Assembly: GCA_973895155.1 (NCBI GenBank)
Contig: OZ316898.1
Location: 21,416,122-21,480,121 of the forward strand
Origin: Marsupella aquatica
Taxonomy: Eukaryota > Plantae > Marchantiophyta
DNA length: 64,000 nt
Direction: 5' to 3'
The position numbers and the translations under genes were made by a program. Shown in pieces: positions 52,987 through 64,000 of this stretch (within the stretch, counting starts at the first letter, position 1; each line of letters opens with the position of its first letter). The notes below the pieces were generated by a model. The model was not told where the DNA came from. It saw only the letters and a program-made list of their open reading frames with translations, and searched no databases.

Positions 52987-54609
52987 ATGGAAGCCGACGG
53001 GAGGGATGTCCGTGGCACGGAGGAGATGAAGCACGAGTTGCAACGTAAGTTGGCAGAGCTTGCCATCCTAAATGGACAGTACGCAGCTGAGAACCTGCTG
53101 CTTAAGGAGAAGGTGGCCAGGGGGGATAAGGCGTTGGGTGCAGTCCGGAAGCAGCGTGATATGCTGGCGTTTCGGGTTGATGATGCTTGCAAGGCTGCTT
53201 CAACAAAGCAAATGGATGTGTGCACTGAAATGACGAAGGATCACCAGGCGACAAGAGAGGCGTCGGAGCGGGAACCGAGTGATGTTCCCGAGGTGGCCGC
53301 TAGACAGTCGGACGATTTGAGGAGTCAGCGGACCGCGGCCTTGGAGGAAGTCAAGAGCCGGAATGGAGAATCGAGGGATGTTCCCAAGGGGGCCGCTAGC
53401 CAGTTGCGTGCTCTGATGAGTCAGCGGACTGCGGCCTTGGATGAAGTCGAGAGCCGGAATGGCGACATAGTGATGCAGTTTGCGACCTTGCGCATCTCAA
53501 ATGAATCTGAACCTAAGGCGAAGGAAGACAGGCAGAATGGGAAGCCAGATGCACTTGCCGGAGAAGCAGAAGAAGTGGAGCGGAGGAACAAGTACTTGCG
53601 GGCCCTAGCGGACAGTCAGATGCAGAAATGTTGCAAGTGCGCAGAAGCAGGGAAGGAGTGGCGAGGAGGATTATTAGGTTCACGACGACCCGGCAAATCG
53701 GCCACTTATGAATGGGAGGAGCATCCTAGTTTTTGTAGGGAATTCAAGCTTTTGTTGGGAAAGTTTAGGGTAAAAAGAATCTGCACCGATGTCCACGAGC
53801 TCGTTAGGCAGAAGAATCTACTCTTCCCTACTGCTGATCTACCTGTGTGGCTGAGCGAAAGTCTTATCGTTAAGGATCGGAATGACAAGCCGCTGTTGTA
53901 TTTTTTGAAACATGCCCTTCAAAGACCTTTCCGAAATAGAGATCCTACGTTGGAAGGATTAGAAGCTCTTGAAGAGCTTGTGGAGGTGTACCCGCCAAAT
54001 CGACCTGCATCTGCAAATGGCAGATTCAAGGGACAAGCTATTCCCCTTGGCTCGGGTGTACACCATCTGGCATTTTGGCATGGCACCGGTCACAAACATG
54101 TCCCAGGGGTTTTGTCGCAGCACATCATTGGATCCGGGAAGAAGTTGAATTGGATCGTAGAGTTCATAAACAAGTTCACGCCGGTGACACAGGCGATTGG
54201 AGCGCTCTTTGAATGCATCGACAGTGACATGTACGAAACATATAAGGCAATGTTTGATGCTTTCGCTCCTGGAGCAGCCAGTTATATGCATTCCACTTCC
54301 CAAAATTGTTTCTTAGGGATGGCAATAAATACACAACTCGCTCCTGGTCCGTACAGAGATACAAATGACCCTGTGGATGGCTGGGTTGTGAATGTAGCGT
54401 TTGGTGATTTTGAGGGTGGACGTTTGGAAGTGCCACAACTTGGTTTACAATTTGTATTACAACCTGGAGATGTGGTGTTTATGCGGTCGGCCGTTCTGCA
54501 ACACTCGATATCGAGGATAACGTCCAGCTCTAGGTTCGGCGTAGTGTTTTTTACTCACGAAGCAAACTTTGCAGAGAATCTTCGCAAGTCACGGATCAGT
54601 ACCGAGTAA
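52987..54609 (+). CDS. Coiled-coil + TET/JBP-like 2OG-Fe(II) dioxygenase (HxD reads YxD)
   Basis: Intronless 540-codon ORF from the first ATG. C-terminus FLGMAIN..PYRDTND..GW..FGDFEGGRL.VPQLG..LQPGDVVFMRSAVLQH..RFGVVFFTH fits the DSBH dioxygenase pattern. Confidence 0.7.
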   Translation: MEADGRDVRGTEEMKHELQRKLAELAILNGQYAAENLLLKEKVARGDKALGAVRKQRDMLAFRVDDACKAASTKQMDVCTEMTKDHQATREASEREPSDVPEVAARQSDDLRSQRTAALEEVKSRNGESRDVPKGAASQLRALMSQRTAALDEVESRNGDIVMQFATLRISNESEPKAKEDRQNGKPDALAGEAEEVERRNKYLRALADSQMQKCCKCAEAGKEWRGGLLGSRRPGKSATYEWEEHPSFCREFKLLLGKFRVKRICTDVHELVRQKNLLFPTADLPVWLSESLIVKDRNDKPLLYFLKHALQRPFRNRDPTLEGLEALEELVEVYPPNRPASANGRFKGQAIPLGSGVHHLAFWHGTGHKHVPGVLSQHIIGSGKKLNWIVEFINKFTPVTQAIGALFECIDSDMYETYKAMFDAFAPGAASYMHSTSQNCFLGMAINTQLAPGPYRDTNDPVDGWVVNVAFGDFEGGRLEVPQLGLQFVLQPGDVVFMRSAVLQHSISRITSSSRFGVVFFTHEANFAENLRKSRISTE

Positions 54610-54849
54610 GATTAGAGCCATTGGGGCTGTAGGTCTGTGGCGGGGTGTGAGGATGGTTTCTTGGTACTCTGCTCTCACTATGCAATTTGTGAACATTCTT
54701 CAATGAAGATATGATGGATGACATCGAACAAGATATCCCATTGAATTGCTGGTTTGGTAGCGCTAGTGGAGCAATGAGAAGCATTTTTCAATGAAAATGA
54801 GCTTCAGAGCAACACCAATTGTCTGTGCTCCTTTCGATGGATTCCAGTT

Positions 54850-56400
54850 TTAAGACACTTGGAAATGATCTCGGAGGTACGCCATCCAGATCCATTCTCC
54901 GACAATCCCCTTTTTGTGATGTCTCATTTTACGTGCTTCAGCCTGTTTCTTAAAGACCTCCTTCATCCTTTTCTCTCCATGCGATCAGTGGTTTCCGGAA
55001 GGCTCCTGTGTTTGTGTGTTCGCCCCCTAAGAGACCTTTTTTCCAGTTCGTCAAAAGGCCTTTCTTAAAAAGTGCCAGCATCATAAGGTGGTGAGTTGGG
55101 ATAGCCTTGAGAATGTGTTTTAGCATTATCACCCTACCAGCAAACATGAGGCTGCTGTTCGCCCATGTGTGGAGACGCTTCCTCAACTTGCCCAGAAGGA
55201 AATTTGCATCTTGTGAAGGTCGAGTCTTACACCTCCAAGGCAAATACATATCTCTGCCTCTTTAGCAATTTTGCATCCCGTTTCCTTGGGCCAGTCAGGA
55301 GATGCCATTCTCCAGGTAGATCGGAATATGATTTGAGACCTTTTGACGTTCAAGACAGCTCCCGAGATGTTCTCGAACCTTTGGATCACCTCACGAGCAG
55401 CAACGAATTTCTCTGCAGTGTCTTCGAGGAATAGTCCCGTGTCATCAGCGAAGAGCTGGTGGCAAAGACTACTCCCATTACAGAGTTGCAATGCATTGAC
55501 GACCCCTGCATCCAATTGTTGTTTGAGCCTGGCCATCAGAGGTTGTTTGGTGAGTGTCAAAAGGATGCTGGAGAGCGGACATCCCTGTCAACTTCTGTGA
55601 GGGTAAGCATAGTGAGTGGTCGCTAATTTGACAACTGTAGCAAGTCCTGACTCTTGGGCATGAGTTCAATAACTTTGGCTAGTGGCTTTGGTTGTCATGG
55701 TTCCGTGTTAATGTAAGCCCGATTAACAGCAGAGTAAGTAGGACCCATGTACGACCATCCCTTTAGCAACATCTTGATGGTGACTCCGTTGATTCCTGGT
55801 GACTTTTCTTTTGGCATCCCTGTAACCACTTTAAGAATATCTGCATCTTCGGTTGTCTACCTAGATACACTGCCTTGGTTACCTCGACATCTCCTCCCTG
55901 TCCTTTTGTTTCCTTTTTGTGCTTTCTTCGGTTTGTTGGGACCTCTCTCTGTACGTCCACTCTATTAGCATCTGAAGCAGGCATCCGAGAGAGGACGGTA
56001 AATTATTACATCCACCTGGTAGTTTCCCACTCCTGGCACCGCAATGTTGATGTACTCAATCGGGTCTTCATATTACATGAAACACATCCTCGTATGTGAG
56101 AGAATTTACTCCTGGATTTATGTGTCTGCGCATATATAGCACAGTTCCAACCTCGGCAAGCATAATATTCAAAAGCAGGGTTGAACAGCGACATGTCAAT
56201 CCAAACAGGAGCCCTGGTAGATTTCATCGGCTTAGCGTCAAAGTCAGGCGTCCGGGGCATGGCCACTACCATCTTCCATCAGAATGTGTTTCGGGAATTC
56301 GATATCGATTCAATATCAATGTTTAAGGTAGTCGCGTGTAAGATTGAAGTCCAGAGTGTATAGAATGATTCCTCTCTTCTGTAGGTGAAGTATTCTGCTA
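54850..56400 (-). mobile_element. L1-like LINE relic (ORF1 fragment plus RT C-terminal part)
   Basis: GCPLS..L...QPL, HQLFADDT, FENISGAVLNVKRS, LHTW..LMFAGRVIMLKHIL.AIP; upstream APVWID..FSHIRGCV (ORF1-like). Frameshifted and internally deleted. Confidence 0.85.
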
Positions 56401-57537
56401 ACGATGATATTTTGGTCTACCCCGACAGTTTCGGATCTCATCCTAACTGTCGGACGGTGCTGCAGCGTAGGACAGTTCACGGTAAACTTCAACAATCCTT
56501 CTTGGTCTCTCCTTCATGGGTGTCGGTGTTCGCACTTGTGACCTACCACCCAATACATGCTGAGTTCTGTTGTGCGAGTTCGGGTCGCCGTTAACTATCA
56601 TGCCAGAAAATTGGAGGTTTCGCGTTTGTGCCATAGCTGTTTCTCTCTGGTGCGCTACCGGAAAACTGTTTAGTATAAAATAAACACGGTCAGTTGATAC
56701 AGGAAAGAAAAGTGTAAGCTGTGTAAGCTGTTGAGTTCTACCTACGCGAGGACTTTCAGTGCCGCCATCGCCAGTCCATTGTGACGTGCAACGAGGCACA
56801 ACATACCATAAAATTCTTCCAAATAACACTTGGAACCAGTTTGGTTCATTTCTGCTTTCTTCCCTCGGAGTAAACACTGAAAACCTTACAATAGGCAGCC
56901 ACCAGAGTGCTCAAGTGAACGGAATCCACCAACGTCCTCTTCCTTTGAGCCTCGTAGCTTGCATGGGTGCAGGAGGAAGCACTTAAATTGGATTGTGCTC
57001 TTTCATCCGTTCAGGTTCAGAGCCACAACTATGGTTCAGAGAACTACTCTCCTGGTTGTTGTGAGTGAAAGTTGTTGTAGCTGTTGTCAGGGGATTCCGC
57101 TTTCAATCAGTTCAGTGAGCTCGATCAGCGGAGGCAACTCACATCTAGGTTGCATGTGCCCTTCCAAGTCCCTATTGCGAGCAACCTGCTTCATGGTTGG
57201 CATTCCTGTCGATCACATAAACAGCCCTCAATTCCAACCGTAATTAGAATTCCAAATTGAACAGACTTTCAATTGAACCAGGTTTACATTCAATTAGCAC
57301 AACATACAAATTCCAATTCACTGGTCAGCCATAGGAAATGTAATGCATCGAGGCTGAGTACGACTTAGAGTGGACTTTCTCACTTCTATGGGCCGATGAC
57401 AGATTGACCTTTCGATCGTAATAAAAGAGTATAGAATGCCTATAGACTTTGCGAAACCTATTGCCATTGTTGATGCCTTCATCGGGTTCTTCCATCCCTT
57501 CGTGCGACGACTTCCCATGCCATCCCTCCCAACCACA

Positions 57538-57780
57538 ATTAATTCCTCCCGTCTCCACTTCTCATTGCTTCTCATTCAATTCTTCCCCACCAGAGCCCAT
57601 AAAATCTCCATAGCTTCTCATGCCTGCAACATAGGGTCTACGATGCATTGTATGCCAATCAACCCAAAATCACAATTGCATTCCATCGAACCACACAACA
57701 ATTCTCTCGTGCACTTCTCATCGCTACTCAATCAATTCTTCCCCACCCACCGGCGTCCATAAAATCTCCATAGCTTCTCA
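57538..57780. repeat. Direct repeat of ~80 bp, 180-bp spacing
   Basis: CACTTCTCAT.GCT.CTCA.TCAATTCTTCCCCACC...CCATAAAATCTCCATAGCTTCTCA occurs twice. Confidence 0.85.
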
Positions 57781-58599
57781 AGATGCATTGGAATGCCGCA
57801 GGCCAGAGGTACTTCTTGCCCTCTATTCAGTAAAGCACAACTCTTCCCACACTTGCTCGTAACCTGGATACGCAGCTACATCCAGCAGGCGATCCGGAGT
57901 CACGAGTGCGAGCCAACGCAAACTCTAGCGACCTCCTCTTCGGGATAACATTTTGGCCCTAAATAGTAAGTTTCCTTTGTAGTTGGTTTGCAATGTTACT
58001 GTACTTGTCGTGGATTTACGTTCGGAGTTGTCTATCCTGGTTTGGTACACTGCATTTACTCTTAACCTAGTAGCTATGATTGCCGTTGGAGTTACTTAAT
58101 TTACGGATGACTTTATTGACGTATAAGTCCTGCCTTTCAATTCTGTACACGACTCTCATGGTAGAATATTTATAAAACTGACGGGAACTTTCCTTCCCGG
58201 ACACATCGTTTTAAAAAATTGTGCGAGATCCATTTGAATCCCGTTGGCAAACCCGACATAAATAGGACTCTTCTGTAGAGGGTTGCCGACTAGTGAAATG
58301 CCGGCAATCAGTCAAATTTGGCTCTCCACATTCGGACTAATAGCCTACGTCGGACTAATAGCCTACATTCGGATTAATAAGGTGAAGCACACAATGACAT
58401 GCCTAATCACCCGAGACTGCAGTTTAAACATAGCATTCTACAAAACCATCTTCCAATCGGTGTAGCCTACATTCAGACTAAAAGGCTACAGGATTTGTGA
58501 ACCGGGGGGAGAGGGGGGGAGCACTGAATGACATGCGTATTCACCCACCACTCCATTTACAAGGTGGTGACGACTTTCGCTTTCAATCAAATGAAACAC

Positions 58600-59600
58600 T
58601 TTTTATTATGTACATTCAGTGGTGTCCATCTTTTAGTGGGACATATCCTCCAGCGAACTACTTCTTGTACAACTTGGTGTTTAGGTATAATTAGGAAGAG
58701 GCATGTTGTGCACACAAATTCTGCTAGGCATGTTGGAAATTCTTTTCCAATCATCAACTTTGTCTGTTGCCCACTTGTGAGTGCCATACAGAACAAACCC
58801 GCTCCTACCGCTGGTGGTTTCCAGATAGAACAACTCATTAACCACTAGACAGTCAGGTTCCTCCCTGAAGCAATAGCAAAGATCGCCATCTCTGTAACTG
58901 TTTCCTTCCAATAAAACTGCGGCTGGAAATCCAGAGTAAATCTTCTGTGTCCCACCTATGGTACAGTCAGCAAAACGGAGCGTCCACGTTCGGCAAATCC
59001 TTTCACTGTCTTCGACTGCCCAAAACTCAAACTCGGTTGCATTGGCTCTATAGAAGCTAACTTCATGTCTAGCCGAGTGGATGAAGCAAGCTTCCAATTC
59101 CAGCATGGATCGGCGAGGAAGCGGTGGTAGTCTTCCACATACCTACTCATCGCTAGACTCGGGAAACAACACGAATATATGTCATCGGTGACTGGAAGCC
59201 TTCACAAACACAGAGAAATGGAAATGAAAAACATAGAATGCGCGTAGATAGCCGGTGGACGACATCAATCCATACCAAGATAAACACAGTTATTCTACGA
59301 AAATCAGTGAGCGCACCCCAGCATATTAACAGTATATTACCTGATGTGCTATCACCGGCACGCGCATTACGGAGAGGTGAAACTTTAAACTAAACTGGAT
59401 GATTAATCGTACCTTTCCCATGAAGGTCGGAATGCAAGCGCCACTCTCTTGCGCAATGACGTTTCGGTCTCCTTGAATGTATTGTACTCGCTGACATAGT
59501 GAACCTCCAACATCGATGAAGACAACCTGGCGGCCATTTTCTGCAAATCACCTCTTCCGTGTGGCTGTTCATCGTGTGCAGGAAAACGAATGTTAAAAAA
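58600..59600 (-). pseudogene. Decayed spliced gene with a possible BAH-like segment
   Basis: Donor GGAAAG|GTACG at 59413. Overlapping ORFs with a frameshift near 59100. VLLEGNSYRDGDLCYCF..LVVNELFY. Confidence 0.35.
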
Positions 59601-61859
59601 GGTGTGAATGAGAAACACTTCAACTCCAGTAACATCGAGAACTTTGGTTATCAAACAGGCATGGTAGCAAACTCCCTCCTCTCAAAACAGCCTCGTCACA
59701 AAATAAGAAACAGTTTGCCCGATGAGGCTAGCTTCTCCATTGCCGTCTGCAAAAGAAGGACTAAAGCAAGGAACGAAGAAGCAAAAGAAGGAAGAAAGCA
59801 ATCGTAAGCACCCTACACTCGACCTCCCCACCTAAGGCGCCTCGATCCCGATGTGTTCGTGTCCCGAGCTGTCGTGCCACCTGGCTACCTCGATCTTGGA
59901 AGCGAAACGCAGTCTAGAATGCAGGCAGGGCCACAGGGGATTTGCAGCACTTATGTACTCCGTAAGTGGCTTAGTGTGAGAACTTAGGGCTAAATCTATT
60001 CTCCCCTTCTTCAAATTTTGTCCAATTTTGGCTCTATCTCCCCTCTCCCCCTTTTGTTCCGTGTTGGCCAAGTTCTCGCCACTGTCCCTCTCATCTCTGG
60101 AAAGTGCTTTATCGTTGTAAGTTTGTCTTTTCTTTAATTTCTCTACCTTTTTAATTGTTCTCCATTTACTCAAATTTTGTCCTTTTTGTTAATATTCCGC
60201 TTCCCCTCTTCTTCTTCTTCGTTTCCTCTCGGCCAATTTCTGTCTACCTTCCGCCTCATCTTCGTTTGCATAGTTCTGTACTATTATAATAATTGCACCC
60301 TGTATTCCCCATGGGCAAGCCATATTTAGTGTACTTTCTAGTACAATTGTTCTAGAATGGAGGACTGAGGATGTCAGGTCTGTGTGGCGGATGAGGGGCT
60401 TCCACCGTCCTTTCAAGGGAGGAAGGTGGGCATGTGACCTTTGGAGGGCTAGCTCTCTTTTTCACGATCAATGGTGATGGAAATGTGGCGGGATCCTGTA
60501 TTCTAGTTGTAGACTAGCTCAAAAACCGTGCTCCGCACAAAATATGTTGTTAGCTATCACTCTTTACACAGAATTTAGTGTCATTGGATGTTTCTAATTG
60601 GAGCATCTAGATTTATTGCATGTGGGAATAGTTAGTTCGTGTTTGTGACAAGGCAATAAAAAACCGTCAATCCCGGTAACTGTAAAAATGAAACAAAATT
60701 GAAGAGTAAAGTTGAAACAAACAAAGAATGAGGTAAAGAGTAATTAACATTTGGAAGATATATCAGTGTTTTGCATTAAATGTTAGATTTTCTTTTAATT
60801 TCCAAAGATTTTTTAATTGACACGGCTAGAGGAAGTAGAAACAAACTGTTGGGCTTCCAAGGTTTTGTAATAAGTATTTGGTGAGGTAAAAACAAACTGT
60901 TGGGTTTCCAAGTGGAAATTGCAGTTGTAGATGGTAAGTTTTACATGGCTTGAGATGACAAAGGGAATGGCTGGCTTGATGACTTGAGATAACATGACAA
61001 AGGGAATGGCTTGATGACTTGAGATAACATGAAAAAGCTAATGGCTACCCTTATACTCTTGGATCTGGCAATTTGCCCTCTCACCCAAGCCAATTTTGGG
61101 TGAATTTACTAGGAATATTAATGTAAGTCACAAACAAATCCTGCGTACATTATTTGGCAATTCCTCCTACTAACAGCTGGAGTAGGCAAATGTCTTGCAG
61201 GTAGGGGAACCTTTAAACCACAGCTGCAGATATATATACCGGTAGCTCTGATATCCACTATGAATGAAGGGATGGGCAAGAGTGTTCTTTCATTGATCCA
61301 ATTTGTTGAATGTATTCAAGTTTAACTGTCTCAGGGGTCCTCGAACTACTTTTTATTGAAATGAATGTTATTCATAAGGCACATTGAATTAAGTGCACAT
61401 ATAGTAGCATCCTTGTGTCATAAAACTTGACTGTACTTTTCATTGATCAGTGTGGTTTTATATATCTAGAGTATTTATAGTAAAATTACCTATTTGGACA
61501 GGCTATTTCTTGGACTTCTTGAGGCATGTGGGTATGTAAAAATTTCAATTATGTGTTAGTTGGCTTGAAGTAACAACTTATTGGATGCCCTTGTGTGCAA
61601 CTCTTTGGAACTTTTCTTATGAGGACTCTGACTAAGTGGCTTGCGGGAGTGTGATTCCCCTTGTGCACTGAAGCTGACTCCGCCAACTTCATCATTCATA
61701 TGATTTTTGTGCTGTCTAAATTCATTTGTATATCACTTACAAAATAGACATGATGGTCTATTTTGTTGAAATCTTAGTAGGCCAAAGTTGGGAATTAAAC
61801 AAATGCAAAGCCAGTGAATGGTTAGCTTTCCACATAAGATACATATTCGGACACAAATG

Positions 61860-62330
61860 CATTCTAAGCCAATTTACCTAAGCCGACTTTAAGCCAATTG
61901 GACCTAGGAAAATTAGACCTGGGCTGACCTCACGTACGCTAATCTGACCAGAGAAAACCTTGGCTAAGCCAAGTTTGCCTTTGCCAACCTAATCTATCTA
62001 AGGCAACTTCAAAAATTAGACCTGTCCAGCTTTGCGCATTTTTAATTTCATTTCTATTGGCTAAAAAAGGTGTGAATTTATTGCCTGATAGTATAGACAT
62101 AGCCGTATACTCTGGTAAAAGATCAGTGCCACTAGAGCTTCAAGTTGAGAAATAACAACGTACAAATATATATAAAATAGACAAAGCTAACCAGTGATCA
62201 GTTTGCTGCACTTTACACAAATGTCTTCTATATAAGGCCGATGTCACCTAAGATGATTTCACCTAAGCTGATTTACCTAAGTTGACCTTAAGTTAACCTC
62301 ACCTAAGCAGATCTGACCTCAGCCAAAATT
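61860..62330. repeat. Two patches of degenerate ACCTAAGCC-type short repeats
   Basis: CCTAAGC/GACCT motifs at 61860-62025 and 62235-62330; probably a transposon relic. Confidence 0.5.
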
Positions 62331-64000
62331 TATCTGGTTAGTTTGTTGCAAATTAAAAGACATGATTAATGCCTTCTAACAACTGTTTCCATGGTATGTG
62401 AAGGGTTGTGAAGTGAATCAATGTGTTTTTGCATATGGATGGACATTCTTATATATTGCTAGTTGTGGTGATATACACATATGAACGAACCAGTGTACAG
62501 GTATGTTGACTTAGAGATGTATGGTTAACCCAGTTTAGGGTTTGTCCATGATCAAAATAAAAACACATACATTGGCCATATCTTTGGCAAGTCACAACCT
62601 GAGCTCCGTGACACAATACTCTTGAATTCTCTCTCCACTCTCCAACTCTCGACCATTGATATCTAGTGTCAGCACAATGAAGTGTTCCTCCAAGGTATAG
62701 GCCCTCTAACTAGTCTAACCTCAGCAGCACTTAAACATGGTTAAGTTTTGCTCAGACAGTTAACTTATTTAGCTAATTGCTCTAGTTAAGTATCAACAAG
62801 TTGTTAACCCTTTCTACTTTCAACAATGTTGTAATGGATGGGGCTCTTGTAAAAGAACCCTACACCCTGATTCTCCCCTGCCCTCCCACCCCCACCCCCT
62901 TCCCCTAATCACATCAAACAACTTTACTAATTTTTTAGCACCAAACAGAGTTTGCCTTTAATTTGGTAGAGTTCATTTGATAGAAAAGTGGTTGGAAAAT
63001 GAAAGGTCAATGTTACTAACAAATCCCAACTAGACCCACATAGTTACTGGTTTTTTTATGTTAATGTCAATTCCAAATCCCTGGCACGAGGATGGTGACA
63101 AACAGGACAGAGCTTCTCTGAAAAAAAAAAGGTTGTTGTCATGTTTTGTGTTCATATTCGTTTAAATATATTATTGGGAGCCATTCCTTAAGTATTAAGC
63201 GTAAAACAAATCAGGAGAAAAAGGAAGAGATGTCATTTAGTAAAATAAAGTTACCATTTTGATTTTATTATTTAGAGATATAATTATGAAATCAAAATCA
63301 GAACAGAAAAAAGTTCTTCCTCTACTCCTTTGCTAAAGTTCCCACCCACTAATTTATTTTTTTAACCCTTTATTTTAAAGGAGAAATTGGTATTAGTCAG
63401 TCGCAACATTTGAACCCAATACCTATTAGTCTCCAGTCAAGTGAGTGACCACACGTGAGTGACCACACAGCCATGCTAAGACTTCCCACCCATTTTTAAA
63501 CATAAATCTATAATTATATTTTAGTAATTATTGGCTGAACTTTCAACTTTGCTTTGTGATGTTCGAATGCTTCCAAGCTCTTTTCTGTGCATACTTTCTT
63601 CACATAAATACCTTATACTCTCTCCCTCAACAAGGTACAGTTTATGCAAAGGCAAGGGCATTCTGGGTACATAGTACCTTCAAGAAGGTAATCCATGAGG
63701 AGATCCTATTATCTGCTACCAGAAAGGGCCCAAACCTCGAAATGTATGAGAAGAGAGTATAAAATGGCCTGGCCTGGGAGTCAGGGGACTCACAGTTGTC
63801 CATGTATTTTGGGTTCAACTTATTTTATTTTTATTTTTATGTAGAGGGTGGCGCTTGGCATTGATTTCAGACTTTGTCCAGAATTTCTATAGTACTCTCT
63901 TTAGGTTTTACGTGGTTTGAAATTTTCACTTACATTTATCTATTTTATAGTCCTTTTCTGCAATGGAGACTCCTGACCTTCCTAATTGACCTTGTAAACG

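Noticed and set aside
60415-61132. PPT followed by an LTR starting TGTGAC
   Set aside because: No second LTR, PBS, TSD or pol sequence to confirm it.

Overview
Eukaryotic, intron-containing, transposon-dense DNA. It looks like a land plant, and the Sola-type transposase and Crinkler-like kinase point to a non-seed plant (inference). Mobile content: two Bianca-like Ty1/copia elements (3' part at 1-2242; complete copy at 29971-35473 with identical 189-bp LTRs and a CTTCT TSD), each nested in a decayed, spliced Sola2-like DDD transposon (2243-4705 on +; ~26700-37270 on -). There are also two truncated copies of one Ty3/gypsy family, three related Helitron ends or elements, a 9-bp-TSD MITE and an L1-like LINE relic. 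Gene-like content: a 5'-truncated 13-exon organellar IleRS pseudogene with frameshifts and a 31-bp micro-inversion, an orphan RNase H exon, an apparently intact Crinkler-type REase-kinase gene, and an intronless coiled-coil + TET/JBP-like 2OG-Fe(II) dioxygenase ORF whose HxD motif reads YxD. Weaker candidates are RPA1-C-like and BAH-like ORFs. Most interesting: the TET/JBP-like ORF, the Crinkler kinase, the reconstructable spliced Sola2 transposase, and conserved cis and protein novelties in the copia pair. All family assignments come from motif recognition by eye; no database searches were run.
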